Sequence record: ON470615.2
Length of the DNA: 64,000 bases
Reading direction: 5' to 3' (one strand)
Source: Escherichia phage vB_EcoM-673R5
Part shown: piece by piece, positions 42,604 to 54,059 of the stretch
Numbering within the stretch: position 1 is the first letter of the stretch
Layout: every line of letters begins with the position of its first letter
The notes under the pieces: model-generated
The model's database searches: none
Seen by the model: the letters and a program-made list of their open reading frames with translations, nothing else
Told to the model about the DNA's origin: nothing
Position numbers and translations under genes: made by a program

Positions 42604-45600
42604 CTACCAGACCGCCTTTCTCAAACGGGCTATCACCAGGGTAAACGCCAGGCCAGTAGACTGATCGATAACAGCGTTATCAGGCAGTGGTCCCCTCACT
42701 CCATATTGCGCCCCACCCTGTGCTCCTGCTCCAGGTGTATAGATTTCACCACCTAAATAGCGAGCACGATGAGTATTGACCTTGATCGCGTACTCACGGT
42801 TTTCTTTCGATAAGTCACCTGTGCCTTTTTTCCACTTATTGATAGTGCCAAACCCAGCATTATATGCAGTGATGGCCTCGTTTAAGTCTCCATTGGCTTG
42901 CTTCAGATATTTGCTCATGAGAAGAGCCGCAGCTTCTGCCGATTTCACAGGATCAAACGATTCACCTTCAGCTAAGCCAGTCTCTTCACGAGCAATCCCC
43001 GTGAACTGAAACATCCCCAGAGCACCGGTTTGGGATTTTGCATACGGATTACCACCAGATTCAGTTGCAGCAATCGCGTAAAGAGTGCCTTCTGGAAGAC
43101 CGTATTTATTCTCTAGTTCGGCAAAATACGGAGCCAACTTATCGAGATTTGCCTTACCTTCAGCGCCAAGACTTCCGACTTTTACATCCAAGTTGCCATT
43201 GTTGTAGGTATCCGCAGCTTTCTGAATGTCATTCCTGGTGCCAGTGGTATTAAGCGACGATGATGACGAGCTATTTTGACCAATAGCTTTATCAATTTTC
43301 TGCAACGCGCTATTGCCCGTTTCTACGGCATTTGCATTGATAATCTGATTAGCAGTTTCTTTAACTGTTTTATTGCTATCTTTCGCCGTATCTAGGGATG
43401 CATTTACAACACGAGTGACAATATTAGCCTTTTTAGGGGTATATTCAGTCTTAGGAGCATTGTCCTCTGACTTTCTTTAGCTGGTGTTTTTAATTCAGGT
43501 GTAACCTCTTTCGCATCCGCTTTGTTGACTAGCTTTGATGCAACCAGGCCACAGGGGTGCTCTGAACAGCGGCATCTGCAACCTCACCTGAAAGCTCTTT
43601 TGCGGCACTCCATAGATTACTGCCAGCTTCTTTAATGTATTTCCCTGGGTTCTTAATGAAATCAATTGCACTATCAATTGCATCACTGAAAACCTGTTTC
43701 AGGTTATCGACAGTAAAGAAGTTTTTGATGGCGTCTAATTTTTCGTTCAGGTTCTTTGTTGTGTCACTGAACCATGCTGAAATAGCATCACCAATCTTTG
43801 CAGTATAATCACTAAATGTCGTGGATATAGTATCACCAAGGTTAGAAATATATGTTTCTAAATTGGTAATCCCACTATCAATGGCCTGGGCAATACTTTC
43901 CGTCGAAAATGATTGCAACATATTGCCGATATCCTCAAATCCAAGTGATTTGAGAACGCCGCCAATGGCACTGCTAATACCAGATACCAGTCCTCCCATA
44001 TCGAGAACGTTAGCCAGTGTATAAGCCGCTTTTTGCTGAAAAGATGGATCTTCCCCATCCTTAAGCCCAAAGGTCCGACGTTGTGCTTCTGTATCATTCC
44101 AACCGGTTACCGCATCATAGATACCTCCAGCCACCGTGCCGACTAGCGGAATTGCGCGTAAAGCCCCTTTGCAAGAGCCTTAACACCTAGTTTCCCCAAT
44201 CCCTTAGTTGCAAGTTTTCCGGCACCGCGAGTAGCCAATTCGCCAGCTTCTTTGGCAGCAGCTTTTTTCCCACCAAAGCCCAATAAGCTTGCAACTTTTT
44301 TTATACCTAAAGCGCCTAGTGCCATCGAGCCAACTTTCTTTAGTACCCCACGGCCAAAAATAAGGGAAGCAATACCACCGGCCCCCTTCCCTAACAGGCT
44401 AAATAGTTTGGACAGCAAGCCGCCCTTCTTTTTCCCGGTGTTTTTGGCTATCTGATCAAGGGCGCTGAGAATCTTGTCATTGCCCTCTTTAATTTCGCTG
44501 GTCTGCTCCTGAAGTTCCTGAACCGTCCGTTTTTGGGTGTTAACCTGAACGACATCGGCACTATTTTGCGATTTACGCCTAAAAAACCTTTTCTACGGCT
44601 GTTATCGTCATTGCCACGAATCACATCGGCAATAGACTTTCTGGCACCATTAAGCGATCCACCAACTTCTTTTGATATCCCGCCAAGCTCCTTCCCTGCT
44701 GCCCACAATGGACCAGCAACGGCATAACCTAACGCATCGACGGCACGAGTCTCTGAAGGGTTACCTATGCCTTCAGCTACTTTTGACAGTTTTTTTAATA
44801 AACCTGATTCAGCATTTAGACGCTCATCATCCTCTTTGCGCCTGGCCTTTTCAGCACGTTCAGCACGGACATCTTCCGCTGCGGCCTTACTCCCTGACTT
44901 TCCAATAAAACGACCACGCGCATCGCGTTGGTTTTGGCTTTTTGCGCACCGCCTTTTTGATCGAACATTTCGCGAGCGTGTTCGGCTGCTTCGGTCCGTT
45001 GTGCCTTTATATCCTCTGATATAGCCTTCCTGCGTCTTTTTTTACCCTTTGGTGTAGTTGATTTGGCCTGCTGTTCCTCTTGAGCAATGCCCTCTGAACT
45101 ACACGAGAAACGTCCCCTAAATTAAGCCGTTTCATTGCGTCAACAATAGGGTCTACTGATGGCGCATTGGCCACAAAGTCTGGCCGGGAATTTTCGATTG
45201 TTCGATTTAATGCCGACACACTGCGAGATACTGGGTCAACCGTTGCAACGCGTCCCCTCTCAAATCACGAGCGAGTTTGACCGTTTCTAACCGCTGTGCT
45301 TTAACATCCTCTGTTATTGCCTCTCTTCGTCTATTTGGGGGATTGTGCGCTGTTGGTGCAACCTGCTGTTCACGGTTAGTGACTTTGTCCTCCCGTATAC
45401 GAGAAACGTCCCCTAAATTAAGCCGTTTCATTGCGTCAACAATAGGGTCTACTGATGGCGCATTGGCCACAAAGTCTGGCCGGGAATTTTCGATTGTGCG
45501 ATTTAATGCCGACACACTGCGAGAGACAGGATCAACAGTTGCAACTCGTTCCCCTTTCAAATCTTCAACAGCTTCCCGAATACCTGCAAGCTCTTCCAGC

Positions 45601-45665
45601 TCTTTCGCGCTGGCGGTTTCAACTGTCCTTATAACATCGTCAATATTGGCGTTTTTTCTTTCCAT
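42604..45665 (-). CDS. sit: Sit-like tape-measure/injection transglycosylase; multiple frameshifts
   Basis: C-terminal SLT lytic transglycosylase domain (YAIAATESGGNPYAKSQTGALGMFQF); Gly/Lys-rich tape-measure-like segment; internal tandem duplication. Confidence 0.6.
45103..45562 (-). repeat. tandem duplication inside sit
   Basis: About 165-bp near-identical blocks at 45103-45265 and 45400-45562, period about 297 bp. Confidence 0.65.
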
Positions 45666-45746
45666 GATCTTATCGCCTACCGTTTCGGTTTAAGTTTTTC
45701 TTCCAGTTTCTCCAACAGGAAAAACGCATAGGATTCAGTAAGCCTT

Positions 45747-46628
45747 TCAGCGTCCTGAATCGGTATACCCCCATACAAAACCAGGTTGGACACTAAGGTC
45801 TGATAGCTTTTCAATCCCCACCTGTGGAATGAAGTCGGTAGCCCGAAAGGGCACCCACAGACGGGTATACGCACCCTCTGTGGACTCCTTTGTATCCTGG
45901 TTTGGGCATTTGTGCGGCGGGAGACGAAGACGCATTTCGCCTTTATCGATGTAGCACGGTAAACCATGTTCGAGCTTTTCATGAGCCAGCCGGATGTGTG
46001 CCGCCAGCTTCATAAATTCAGTATCAATGGCCATCCGTTTGATCGTTTCATAACGACGCTCAGCCTGCTCTTCACGAGTACCGCTAACATCGTTATAAAG
46101 TTCACACTGATAAGCGAATTCCCAAAAACGCAAATCAACGATCGCTTCTTTGAATTCCGCGTCGTCTTCAGGTGGCAATGCTGCTCGGCGCATCTCCAGC
46201 ATTTCCATTGCCCAACCATCAAGCGGCACGATACGCCATTGATAAGGCACGCCCTCTACAGACACCTCAATATCGTCAATGAACGGTTCCACTTCCAGGA
46301 CCTGGATATCTTCAGCCAGAGCATTCATATCGCAATCGTAATAATGCTCTTTACCGCAATGTTTACAGGTGTAGGTAAATGTCTCGATCGGTGTTTCGCG
46401 GGAGCCAGTAAATATCCACCATAACGCGGTAATCCGGTCCTGTGCCGTCCATTTCAGTGGATCATGTTTCGCAGCTTCAGCCAGCAAGGCTTTTAAATAC
46501 GCTGTTGTCTGCTGTTCTTGTTCCTCCGGTGTTATCGAGTTGAAACGCATCGCATCAGCAATATTTGGCTGACGGAACTGGATTAATTCAGTTGGCCGCG
46601 ATGGTAGCGGGAAAAGGGGTAAAAGCAT
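45747..46628 (-). CDS. morphogenetic protein (pmg-like)
   Basis: 293-aa ORF upstream of sit. Confidence 0.4.
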   Translation of the reverse strand: MLLPLFPLPSRPTELIQFRQPNIADAMRFNSITPEEQEQQTTAYLKALLAEAAKHDPLKWTAQDRITALWWIFTGSRETPIETFTYTCKHCGKEHYYDCDMNALAEDIQVLEVEPFIDDIEVSVEGVPYQWRIVPLDGWAMEMLEMRRAALPPEDDAEFKEAIVDLRFWEFAYQCELYNDVSGTREEQAERRYETIKRMAIDTEFMKLAAHIRLAHEKLEHGLPCYIDKGEMRLRLPPHKCPNQDTKESTEGAYTRLWVPFRATDFIPQVGIEKLSDLSVQPGFVWGYTDSGR

Positions 46629-46642
46629 CCTTGCTCCTTAAT

Positions 46643-47254
46643 TTAAAGCGAAAAACTAAAGCCCAGAAGGGAAGCTAAAGAACTTGAGGATTGGTTAAAC
46701 GTGCTGTGCAACGCGAAGGTCATTGGGAATGACTTAAATTCCGTAACCTGATCCCGCGCATAGGTGACATCGCCGGTAGTGACCGGGAATACCGTCATCT
46801 CATTTTCCAGTTTGGTTAAACCGGAGGACAGCAACCGATAAATACGCACATTGAGCAAATATTTAGACGGTATATTCCCGGTACCGTCCGGATTGATCAC
46901 CCGACTTTTTGCCGTCTTAAACCAGTCCAAAACGAGGCCATCAACGGTATCCCTGACCATCATTGTTATCTGCCCAGGCGAACGCTCCGTTGGCTGAAGG
47001 ATATTCCCTCCGCCGATTTTAATCGTTTCATATTCGATGCTGTAATCGTGGTAGGTAATGTCTTTAGCAAAGAAGTCTGCCCCCTCCAGACCATCAACTT
47101 CGACAGAGAACTGCCATCCTTGCGCGAACAGCATTTTGTTCATGATGATTGACGTCAGCTTACCAACTTCCCGCTCACCAACGCCGGAGCCAAATAATGT
47201 CGTCGTTAATGCCGAAGATACATAAGACTTTACTGAAGCAACATTAAGCCCCAT
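46643..47254 (-). CDS. morphogenetic protein (pmg-like)
   Basis: 203-aa ORF. Confidence 0.4.
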   Translation of the reverse strand: MGLNVASVKSYVSSALTTTLFGSGVGEREVGKLTSIIMNKMLFAQGWQFSVEVDGLEGADFFAKDITYHDYSIEYETIKIGGGNILQPTERSPGQITMMVRDTVDGLVLDWFKTAKSRVINPDGTGNIPSKYLLNVRIYRLLSSGLTKLENEMTVFPVTTGDVTYARDQVTEFKSFPMTFALHSTFNQSSSSLASLLGFSFSL

Positions 47255-47264
47255 ATCAGCCCCC

Positions 47265-47855
<591 letters not shown>

Positions 47856-47862
47856 TTAACCG

Positions 47863-47884
47863 ATTCTACGAGTAGTCATTTGTT
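47863..47884 (-). promoter_or_regulatory. putative late promoter
   Basis: Minus strand AACAAATGACT-actcg-TAGAAT. Confidence 0.35.
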
Positions 47885-48019
47885 CATTGAGTGGGAATAT
47901 TGCCGTCCGGGAGTAATATGGTATCATTAAGTTAGAGTAGGTAGTGTAGATGGAATGAGGAGTATCATATGGTTATCACACAATCAGGTTGCTTTGAGTC
48001 AGGTTGTTTTGAGTAAAAC

Positions 48020-48050
48020 AATAAAACGCCCTTTAATGGGCGTTTTGTTA
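48020..48050 (-). terminator. intrinsic terminator
   Basis: AAACGCCC-tttaat-GGGCGTTT hairpin with T-runs on minus strand. Confidence 0.5.
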
Positions 48051-48078
48051 AAACTTAAATTGACTATCCTTTCAAATA

Positions 48079-48444
48079 CTATTTTAATTCTATGTAATTT
48101 TTAAATTCCCTCTCATATTTATACATGATGTTATCAAATCCTTCCATTACATCAACGAATTGTTGTGAACATTCCGGCTTCCAAGGCGTACACTTACGAA
48201 CCATATCCATTTTATTCTTATCCTTCGTTGTATCGACTAAGGATAGGTACCCTATAAAATTCATCATCTGAACAGGATCTTGATTTGTGAATATATATTT
48301 GACGTTTTGCTTAGTAGGTGAAAAAGAATCAAAAGCAGGGAACATATATTCACCAGAAAAAGAGAGTGCAGCATCAATGACGTCAGTTGCTGGAGTGCAG
48401 TTGCTCAGAATTGGCACTAACCTAAAATTAGCACCGGAGCACAC
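48079..48444 (-). CDS. hypothetical small protein, AT-rich islet
   Basis: 121-aa ORF, low GC. Confidence 0.4.
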   Translation of the reverse strand: MCSGANFRLVPILSNCTPATDVIDAALSFSGEYMFPAFDSFSPTKQNVKYIFTNQDPVQMMNFIGYLSLVDTTKDKNKMDMVRKCTPWKPECSQQFVDVMEGFDNIMYKYEREFKNYIELK

Positions 48445-48520
48445 TGCATATATATCATCCCTTTTTTTAGTTTTAACAGAGAGTTTTGTTTTGAATCCAA
48501 CACTTTCAATTTGATATAAT

Positions 48521-48889
48521 TTAGTGGCGTTGCATTTTCCCTGGAGTAAATAACTCTACAATTGGTTCATTATTCACCATTCTTATGGATTTTATTTCAC
48601 CATATAGAATTGAAATTGTATTCCATTTTTCCTGAGCGGCAAATTCATTATCTTTAAAATCATTAACCAACTCAGATGGAAAATGATAACCAAATTGATT
48701 ATTCATTGCTTTCGAGGCAAATCCAGACAAATAGAACACCCTTACTAAATCATAATCTTTTTTTGAAGTAGAAAGCCAATCTGGCAATTTATTATCAGCT
48801 ATCGCGCTTCCAGCAAAAATAGCACAACAAAATGTTATTACATTAAATAATTTCATTTTCCATTCACTCATTAATCGGTTTAAACTCAC
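48521..48889 (-). CDS. small secreted protein
   Basis: Internal start MKLFNVITFCCAIFAGSAIA looks like Sec signal peptide. Confidence 0.4.
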   Translation of the reverse strand: MSLNRLMSEWKMKLFNVITFCCAIFAGSAIADNKLPDWLSTSKKDYDLVRVFYLSGFASKAMNNQFGYHFPSELVNDFKDNEFAAQEKWNTISILYGEIKSIRMVNNEPIVELFTPGKMQRH

Positions 48890-49199
48890 TAATCAATTCA
48901 CCAAGACTATTTGGGTATGCTTTATAAATAACATACTCCGAAGAGCCATCTGAATATTGGTAAACACCATAACAAACCAGTTTATTTATTCCTTTCTGAA
49001 TAGTTTTTTGATTATAAGAATCAACCACTGTTATTCCATATGACGATAATATTTCGTTATATTCTTCAATAAGAGCTTTTCTTGTTTCCACTGAATTGCA
49101 ATCTACCTTCGAAAAGTCAACTTCATCAGCAAAAACATTAAATGTTAAAAAGGAAAGCACTAAAAACAAACGAATCAGCATAAATCCACTCCTACGCAT
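48864..49199 (-). CDS. small secreted protein
   Basis: MLIRLFLVLSFLTFNVFA signal-peptide-like N-terminus. Confidence 0.4.
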   Translation of the reverse strand: MRRSGFMLIRLFLVLSFLTFNVFADEVDFSKVDCNSVETRKALIEEYNEILSSYGITVVDSYNQKTIQKGINKLVCYGVYQYSDGSSEYVIYKAYPNSLGELISEFKPINE

Positions 49200-49202
49200 G
49201 GA

Positions 49203-49334
49203 TTAATAGTCATTGATCGCAAAGGCGTAAACGTGCCCAAGGTATTTCGTATAATCGGTACAAATCTCCTTTACGCTTGATGCTGCATTAACAGTCCCGG
49301 CCATAAATAATAACGGTAGTAATAGTCTTCTCAT
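49203..49334 (-). CDS. 43-aa secreted peptide
   Basis: MRRLLLPLLFMAGTVNA signal-like N-terminus then 26 residues with one Cys; not in ORF track (below 60 aa). Confidence 0.3.
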   Translation of the reverse strand: MRRLLLPLLFMAGTVNAASSVKEICTDYTKYLGHVYAFAINDY

Positions 49335-49429
49335 TATAATCTCACCTGCCTTATAACCCATTTAGGGTACATATTTTCGCCTTTAAAAAAAGAGGTTATT
49401 AGATCCATTTGTGCATTTATTGCACAAAT

Positions 49430-49446
49430 AATGCTCTAATAAATTT
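49430..49446 (+). promoter_or_regulatory. C1 operator upstream of ImmI-like module
   Basis: AATGCTCTAATAAATTT. Confidence 0.5.
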
Positions 49447-49636
49447 GTATTTTTAAGTCGCGAATGCTATCTTTTCGCATCATATTGACCTTTTAATCGT
49501 TCAGGCTTATAGTTCCGCCGTCGTAGCAAATTCTGCGACCGGGTTTAGCAGCCTGAATACGGGAATGCGGACAACCGCAGATATCCGATATTGCGGAATT
49601 TTTGTGTCCGTAAAACCACGTTACGCCCGAATTATG

Positions 49637-49713
49637 GTGGGGCGTGATGGGGAGGCTTCGGCCTGCTGGTTTCATTCGTGCCAGTCTGCTAACCCCGTCA
49701 CGTCCTGCCACCC
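49637..49713 (+). ncRNA. c4: c4-like antisense immunity RNA, copy B
   Basis: 77-nt element GGTGGGGCGTGATGGGGAGGCTTCGGCC...GCCACCC; homologous to 1859-1938 but divergent in internal segments. Confidence 0.45.
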
Positions 49714-49762
49714 GTTTAGCAGCGGGGCGCAGGTTGTTAAACCTACGAATGAGGCCGTAACT

Positions 49763-49978
49763 ATGGTTAATGCCAATCCTTGCGCACGCCAAGAATTCAT
49801 CTGGCGTTTCTATTCCTGTAAAAAACACCACTATCACTTCGTTATCGCAGCAACAGAAGACGAAGCACGCTCTCAATTGCCTGATGGCCCCTGCATTTTT
49901 ACTGCCCGTTTTTCAACTAACTCGCGCAATTCACTTAGTTACTGGAGCCTCCCCTTCTCTGCCGACGTTCAGGGGGTT
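49763..49978 (+). CDS. icd: Icd-like protein, copy B (stop missing; reads in frame into ant)
   Basis: MVNANPCARQEFIWRFYSCKKHHYHFVIAATEDEARSQLPDGPCIFTARFSTNSRNSLSYW; junction at G5 run differs by 2 nt from copy A. Confidence 0.5.
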
Positions 49979-51022
49979 ATGAAAACACCTCTCGTCACCC
50001 GTAATGAAATAGCCGAAGCGATCGCCTTGCATACTGCCTGTATGCCGACACGGGAGATCCCCGGCGCAATTGCTAACTATTTCATGATAACCAGACGTTT
50101 TTATACCCGAACAGATAAGGCTGTGATCAACAGGCTACTGATAGCCGAGATCAGGGATTATTTGATTGAACAAGGACGTCTACGTTACGCAACAGTGGCA
50201 GCAGAAATGAGAAAGGAGGCACATAGAGTGACCGGTAAAAATTTGAATGTTGAGAAACCAGCACCTGTTACGTCAGCTACGCCAACACCAGCCGTGAATG
50301 TCATCCCCAACACCGGAGACACAATCGACAGCCAAACATTGTTGAAGATGGTCAATGAGGCACGCAAGTTATGTGGAGAACCAGAGGTTAGAAACAATAA
50401 ATTCATCGAAAAAATACTCGATGAACTTGAAGGTGAATTTTACACAAAAAGTGCAAAATCCCATGGCACAAGGGCTGGGCGCTCTTTTGAGGTCATCACC
50501 ATGACCTACAAACAAGCCTTGCGAGTCGCCGCGCGTGAGTCAAAAGCGGTCCGCCGTTCGCTGATCGACAAACTGGAAGAATTGCAGCAGGCAAACTCCC
50601 CTGCCCCATCGATCCCCCAAACATTACCAGAAGCTCTACGCCTGGCTGCCGAGTTGGCAGAACAGAAAATGCAGTTGGAACAGCAGCTGGTGGCCGCAGC
50701 CCCTAAAGTCGATTTTGCCGACCGGGTATCAGCGGCCAATGGAATCCTGATCGGGAACTTTGCAAAGGTCGTTGGACTTAAGCAAAACGCCCTTTTCTCA
50801 TGGTTGCGCCAGAACGGCATTCTCATGGCTTTTGGTGCGCGCAAAAACGTACCGCGCCAACAGTACATCAACGCCGGGTATTTCACGGTGAAAGAAGTGG
50901 TGCTGGATGATGAAAATGGCTACCAGATACGGCTGACGCCCCAATTAACGGGTAAAGGCCAGCAGTGGTTAACTCGCAAGCTACTTGATGCTGGTTTGTT
51001 AAAACCAGTAGCAATAGGTTAA
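49979..51022 (+). CDS. ant: antirepressor Ant
   Basis: About 347 aa from MKTPLVTRNE; C-terminal KilA-C-like domain shared with kilA and with copy A. Confidence 0.65.
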   Translation: MKTPLVTRNEIAEAIALHTACMPTREIPGAIANYFMITRRFYTRTDKAVINRLLIAEIRDYLIEQGRLRYATVAAEMRKEAHRVTGKNLNVEKPAPVTSATPTPAVNVIPNTGDTIDSQTLLKMVNEARKLCGEPEVRNNKFIEKILDELEGEFYTKSAKSHGTRAGRSFEVITMTYKQALRVAARESKAVRRSLIDKLEELQQANSPAPSIPQTLPEALRLAAELAEQKMQLEQQLVAAAPKVDFADRVSAANGILIGNFAKVVGLKQNALFSWLRQNGILMAFGARKNVPRQQYINAGYFTVKEVVLDDENGYQIRLTPQLTGKGQQWLTRKLLDAGLLKPVAIG

Positions 51023-51032
51023 CAAAAGAAAA

Positions 51033-51060
51033 AAACCTGCCAGCAAACTGGCAGGTTTCT
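51033..51060 (+). terminator. intrinsic terminator after ant
   Basis: ACCTGCCAG-caaa-CTGGCAGGT followed by TTCT. Confidence 0.5.
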
Positions 51061-51100
51061 GAGCAGATCGTCCAACCCGATCTGGATCGAGTCAGAAAAA

Positions 51101-51117
51101 TTTGCTCTAATAAATTT
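51101..51117 (+). promoter_or_regulatory. C1 operator upstream of kilA-repL
   Basis: TTTGCTCTAATAAATTT. Confidence 0.55.
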
Positions 51118-51186
51118 CGTTTTCTAAGTGCAAAGAATCACCATTTCGAGCTGGTGATTGAAGGTTGATGCAAATTTGGAGAAAAA

Positions 51187-51987
51187 ATGCAACAAACATT
51201 CAATGCGGATATGAATATATCAAACCTTCATCAAAATGTCGATCCTTCAACCACTCTGCCTGTTATTTGTGGTGTTGAAATTACGACCGACCGCGCTGGC
51301 CGTTACAACCTTAATGCTCTACACAGAGCGAGCGGACTCGGTGCCCATAAAGCGCCAGCTCAATGGCTAAGAACGCTGTCAGCCAAACAGCTCATCGAAG
51401 AGCTTGAAAAAGAAACTATGCAGAATTGCATAGTTTCGTTCGAAAACCGTGGCGGCGGCACTTTTGCCCATGAATTGCTCGCTGTGGAGTACGCAGGCTG
51501 GATTTCTCCCGCGTTTCGGCTGAAGGTAAACCAGACATTTATCGACTATCGAGCCGGAAGATTACAACCTGCTATTCCGCAGAGTCTCCCTGAAGCTCTC
51601 CGTTTGGCTGCCGACCTGGCAGAGCAAAAGCAACGGCTGGAGCAAAAAATGCTTATGGATGCACCTAAAGTCGAATTCGCCGAACGCGTTGCTACCGCCA
51701 GCGGGGTTCTAATCGGCAACTATGCCAAAGTGCTCGGCCTGGGCCAAAACTATCTCTTCACCTGGTTGCGTGATAACGGAATTCTGATCGCAACCGGTGA
51801 ACGCAGGAACGTCCCCAAACAAGAATACATATCCCGTGGGTATTTCACCCTTAAAGAAACCGTGATCGATACAAGCAATGGAAGCAGGATTTCTTTCACG
51901 ACTCGTATAACCGGCAAAGGTCAGCAGTGGCTGATGAAGCGATTGCTTGATGCTGGTGTGCTGGTACCTGTCGCGGCAACGCGCTAA
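51187..51987 (+). CDS. kilA: KilA
   Basis: 266 aa; KilA-N-like N-terminal half and KilA-C-like C-terminal half (IPQSLPEALRLAADLAEQKQRLEQ...TGKGQQWLMKRLLDAG). Confidence 0.75.
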   Translation: MQQTFNADMNISNLHQNVDPSTTLPVICGVEITTDRAGRYNLNALHRASGLGAHKAPAQWLRTLSAKQLIEELEKETMQNCIVSFENRGGGTFAHELLAVEYAGWISPAFRLKVNQTFIDYRAGRLQPAIPQSLPEALRLAADLAEQKQRLEQKMLMDAPKVEFAERVATASGVLIGNYAKVLGLGQNYLFTWLRDNGILIATGERRNVPKQEYISRGYFTLKETVIDTSNGSRISFTTRITGKGQQWLMKRLLDAGVLVPVAATR

Positions 51988-52016
51988 CAGACGTAGTAAG
52001 AACCACCAGCATTGTA

Positions 52017-52861
52017 ATGCTGGCTAAAGTCACTTTCCTGAGCTGTATAACGATGAGCGATTTTACTTTTTCTGGCTATGAATTGGCCTGCTTTGTAACA
52101 CACTCCGGTCTATCCCGTAGCGCCGGGCATATCCTGTCGCAATGTGCAAATCTCGCGGCAACAACCAGTGAATACTTCATTCACAAGCCTCACCGCCTGA
52201 TCGCGGCAGAAACTGGTTATAGCCAATCAACCGTCGTTCGTGCATTCCGTGAAGCTGTAAACAAAGGAATCCTGTCTGTAGAGATTGTTATCGGCGATCA
52301 CCGTGAACGTCGCGCTAACCTGTACCGGTTTACACCATCCTTTTTGGCCTTCGCACAACAAGCCAAAAATGCGCTGATTGAAAGCAAATTAAAGATCTCT
52401 TCAGCGGCAACCAAGGTTAAAGCTGTTCTCGCTAAGACATTGGCTTTATTTAATTTTTTATCCACACCCCCATGTCAAAATGATACCCCCTCCCCTGTCA
52501 GGATGACGTGGCAATAAAGAATAAGAAGTCACAAGTTAAAAAAACAAAAAGATCAGTTTCCGGCGGTGCCGGAACGAGCAGACTCAAAAAATTGACTTCA
52601 TGGATCGCTGAGACAAAAGCAAAGGCTGACAATCTGCGGTTATCCAAAAAACGCGCACAAAAACATGAGTTCAAGCAGAAAGTAGAGGCGGCAGCGCGGA
52701 AATATGCTTACCTGAAGAACAAGCGTTCTCCTGATATTGGCGGGGTATCAAACTTCGATAATTTGCCGCATTGCATGACGGTAAACGAAGCTCTTAATGC
52801 GGTTTTAGCCAAAAATAAAGATAACGAAAAATGGGGTATACCGGCAGGATTCAGAGGGTGA
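52017..52861 (+). CDS. repL: RepL lytic replication protein; one frameshift near 52510
   Basis: ORFs 52017-52517 and 52508-52861 join to about 281 aa; follows kilA. Confidence 0.6.
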
Positions 52862-52864
52862 TAG

Positions 52865-52881
52865 ATTGCTCTAATCTGGAG
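52865..52881 (+). promoter_or_regulatory. C1 operator-like site
   Basis: ATTGCTCTAATCTGGAG, 11/17 consensus with conserved core. Confidence 0.4.
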
Positions 52882-53337
52882 TCACCTGGCGTTTTCAGTT
52901 TGAGGTCGGAGATGCAATCTGATTTTTTACAGTTAGCGATCGCTTTTGCAGGATATGTTTGTATTGGCTTCTGTGTATACATGATCAGCCGAAAAATGCT
53001 TGTCGATATCGACCGCAAAGAACGAGCAGAGAGATCTTAGTATGGATTTTCTTTGGCGCGGTCTGGCCATTAGGGATCATGTTTGCTGCAACATTTCTTC
53101 TGATGTGGATATTCACCCTTCCAGGTGATTTCTATAGAAAAAAGCCAGACATTGATACAATCGCTGCGGGTGCTTGAGGCTATCTGCTTCAGGCATTACC
53201 CGACAAGCAGATAGAAGAAAGCCCCAGATAACATTACGCGTCCTGCAAGACGCTTAACATTAATCTGAGGCCATATCTATGCTTAGCATACGTAGATTAG
53301 CCCTCTCCCCTTTTTAGGAGCAAGGAATTTTTTACTG

Positions 53338-53853
53338 CTATGCCGCCTTTCCAATTATGGATTCAGCGACCAGAACAACCCCATGCTTACTTCGATCTGG
53401 GTGTTCACTCCATATCTCGGATTCAGGAATACTTACCCCGTCATAGCAAACACGTTCGCCGTCAAACGGGTAATACTGAGCGGCATCGGTGTCGAGGATA
53501 AACACTTTTAGCTCGGAAGAGCGACGGGCGATGTGTTGCCAAAGAGCTTTTCCACCTTCGTATTGCTCATTATCACTGAGCAAAACAACACCAGCTTTTG
53601 AGGCTACGGTTTCGTAAACAAAAGTAGCTAAACCGACATCCCGGACGGTTCCATCAACCACGATACCTTCAATCTGGGCAACATCGCTATCCTCCCAGAA
53701 CTTCCTTACCAGTACGCCTTCAAGCTGCGGGCGACGTTGAAGTTCAAGAGTAGCGACAACCTTATGGCGCATATCACCATCGATAACAGAAGGCGCAGCC
53801 TCTATTACAGCTGCAAATGGGGTTTTGGAATCCCATATAACCTGGTAAAGCAC
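53338..53853 (-). CDS. hypothetical 171-aa protein
   Basis: Clean ORF, no recognised motif. Confidence 0.4.
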   Translation of the reverse strand: MLYQVIWDSKTPFAAVIEAAPSVIDGDMRHKVVATLELQRRPQLEGVLVRKFWEDSDVAQIEGIVVDGTVRDVGLATFVYETVASKAGVVLLSDNEQYEGGKALWQHIARRSSELKVFILDTDAAQYYPFDGERVCYDGVSIPESEIWSEHPDRSKHGVVLVAESIIGKAA

Positions 53854-54059
53854 ACCTGGATGGTAACTCCGTCCGGGATCGAAAATCGACGAGCGACAGT
53901 ACCCGGGGAGTACGACATTGGAATCACAGCCATTTTAGAGTCCCCCTTTAACAGTACAGGCACAAACATCTACCTCAATAATTGTAGTTTATTAGAACAT
54001 TAATAATCTAACATAAAACTCAAGACAATGTTATCGATGCATTCTTATATAAAATAGTT

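Noticed and set aside
45677-45982. ORF 45677-45982 overlapping the end of the 293-aa morphogenesis gene
   Set aside because: Different frame of a region already covered by the longer 45747-46628 ORF; no RBS or motif support.
53976-54000. Possible additional C1 operator (ATGTTCTAATAAAC, reverse orientation)
   Set aside because: Only about 12/17 match with substitutions in the conserved core; kept out of the feature list.
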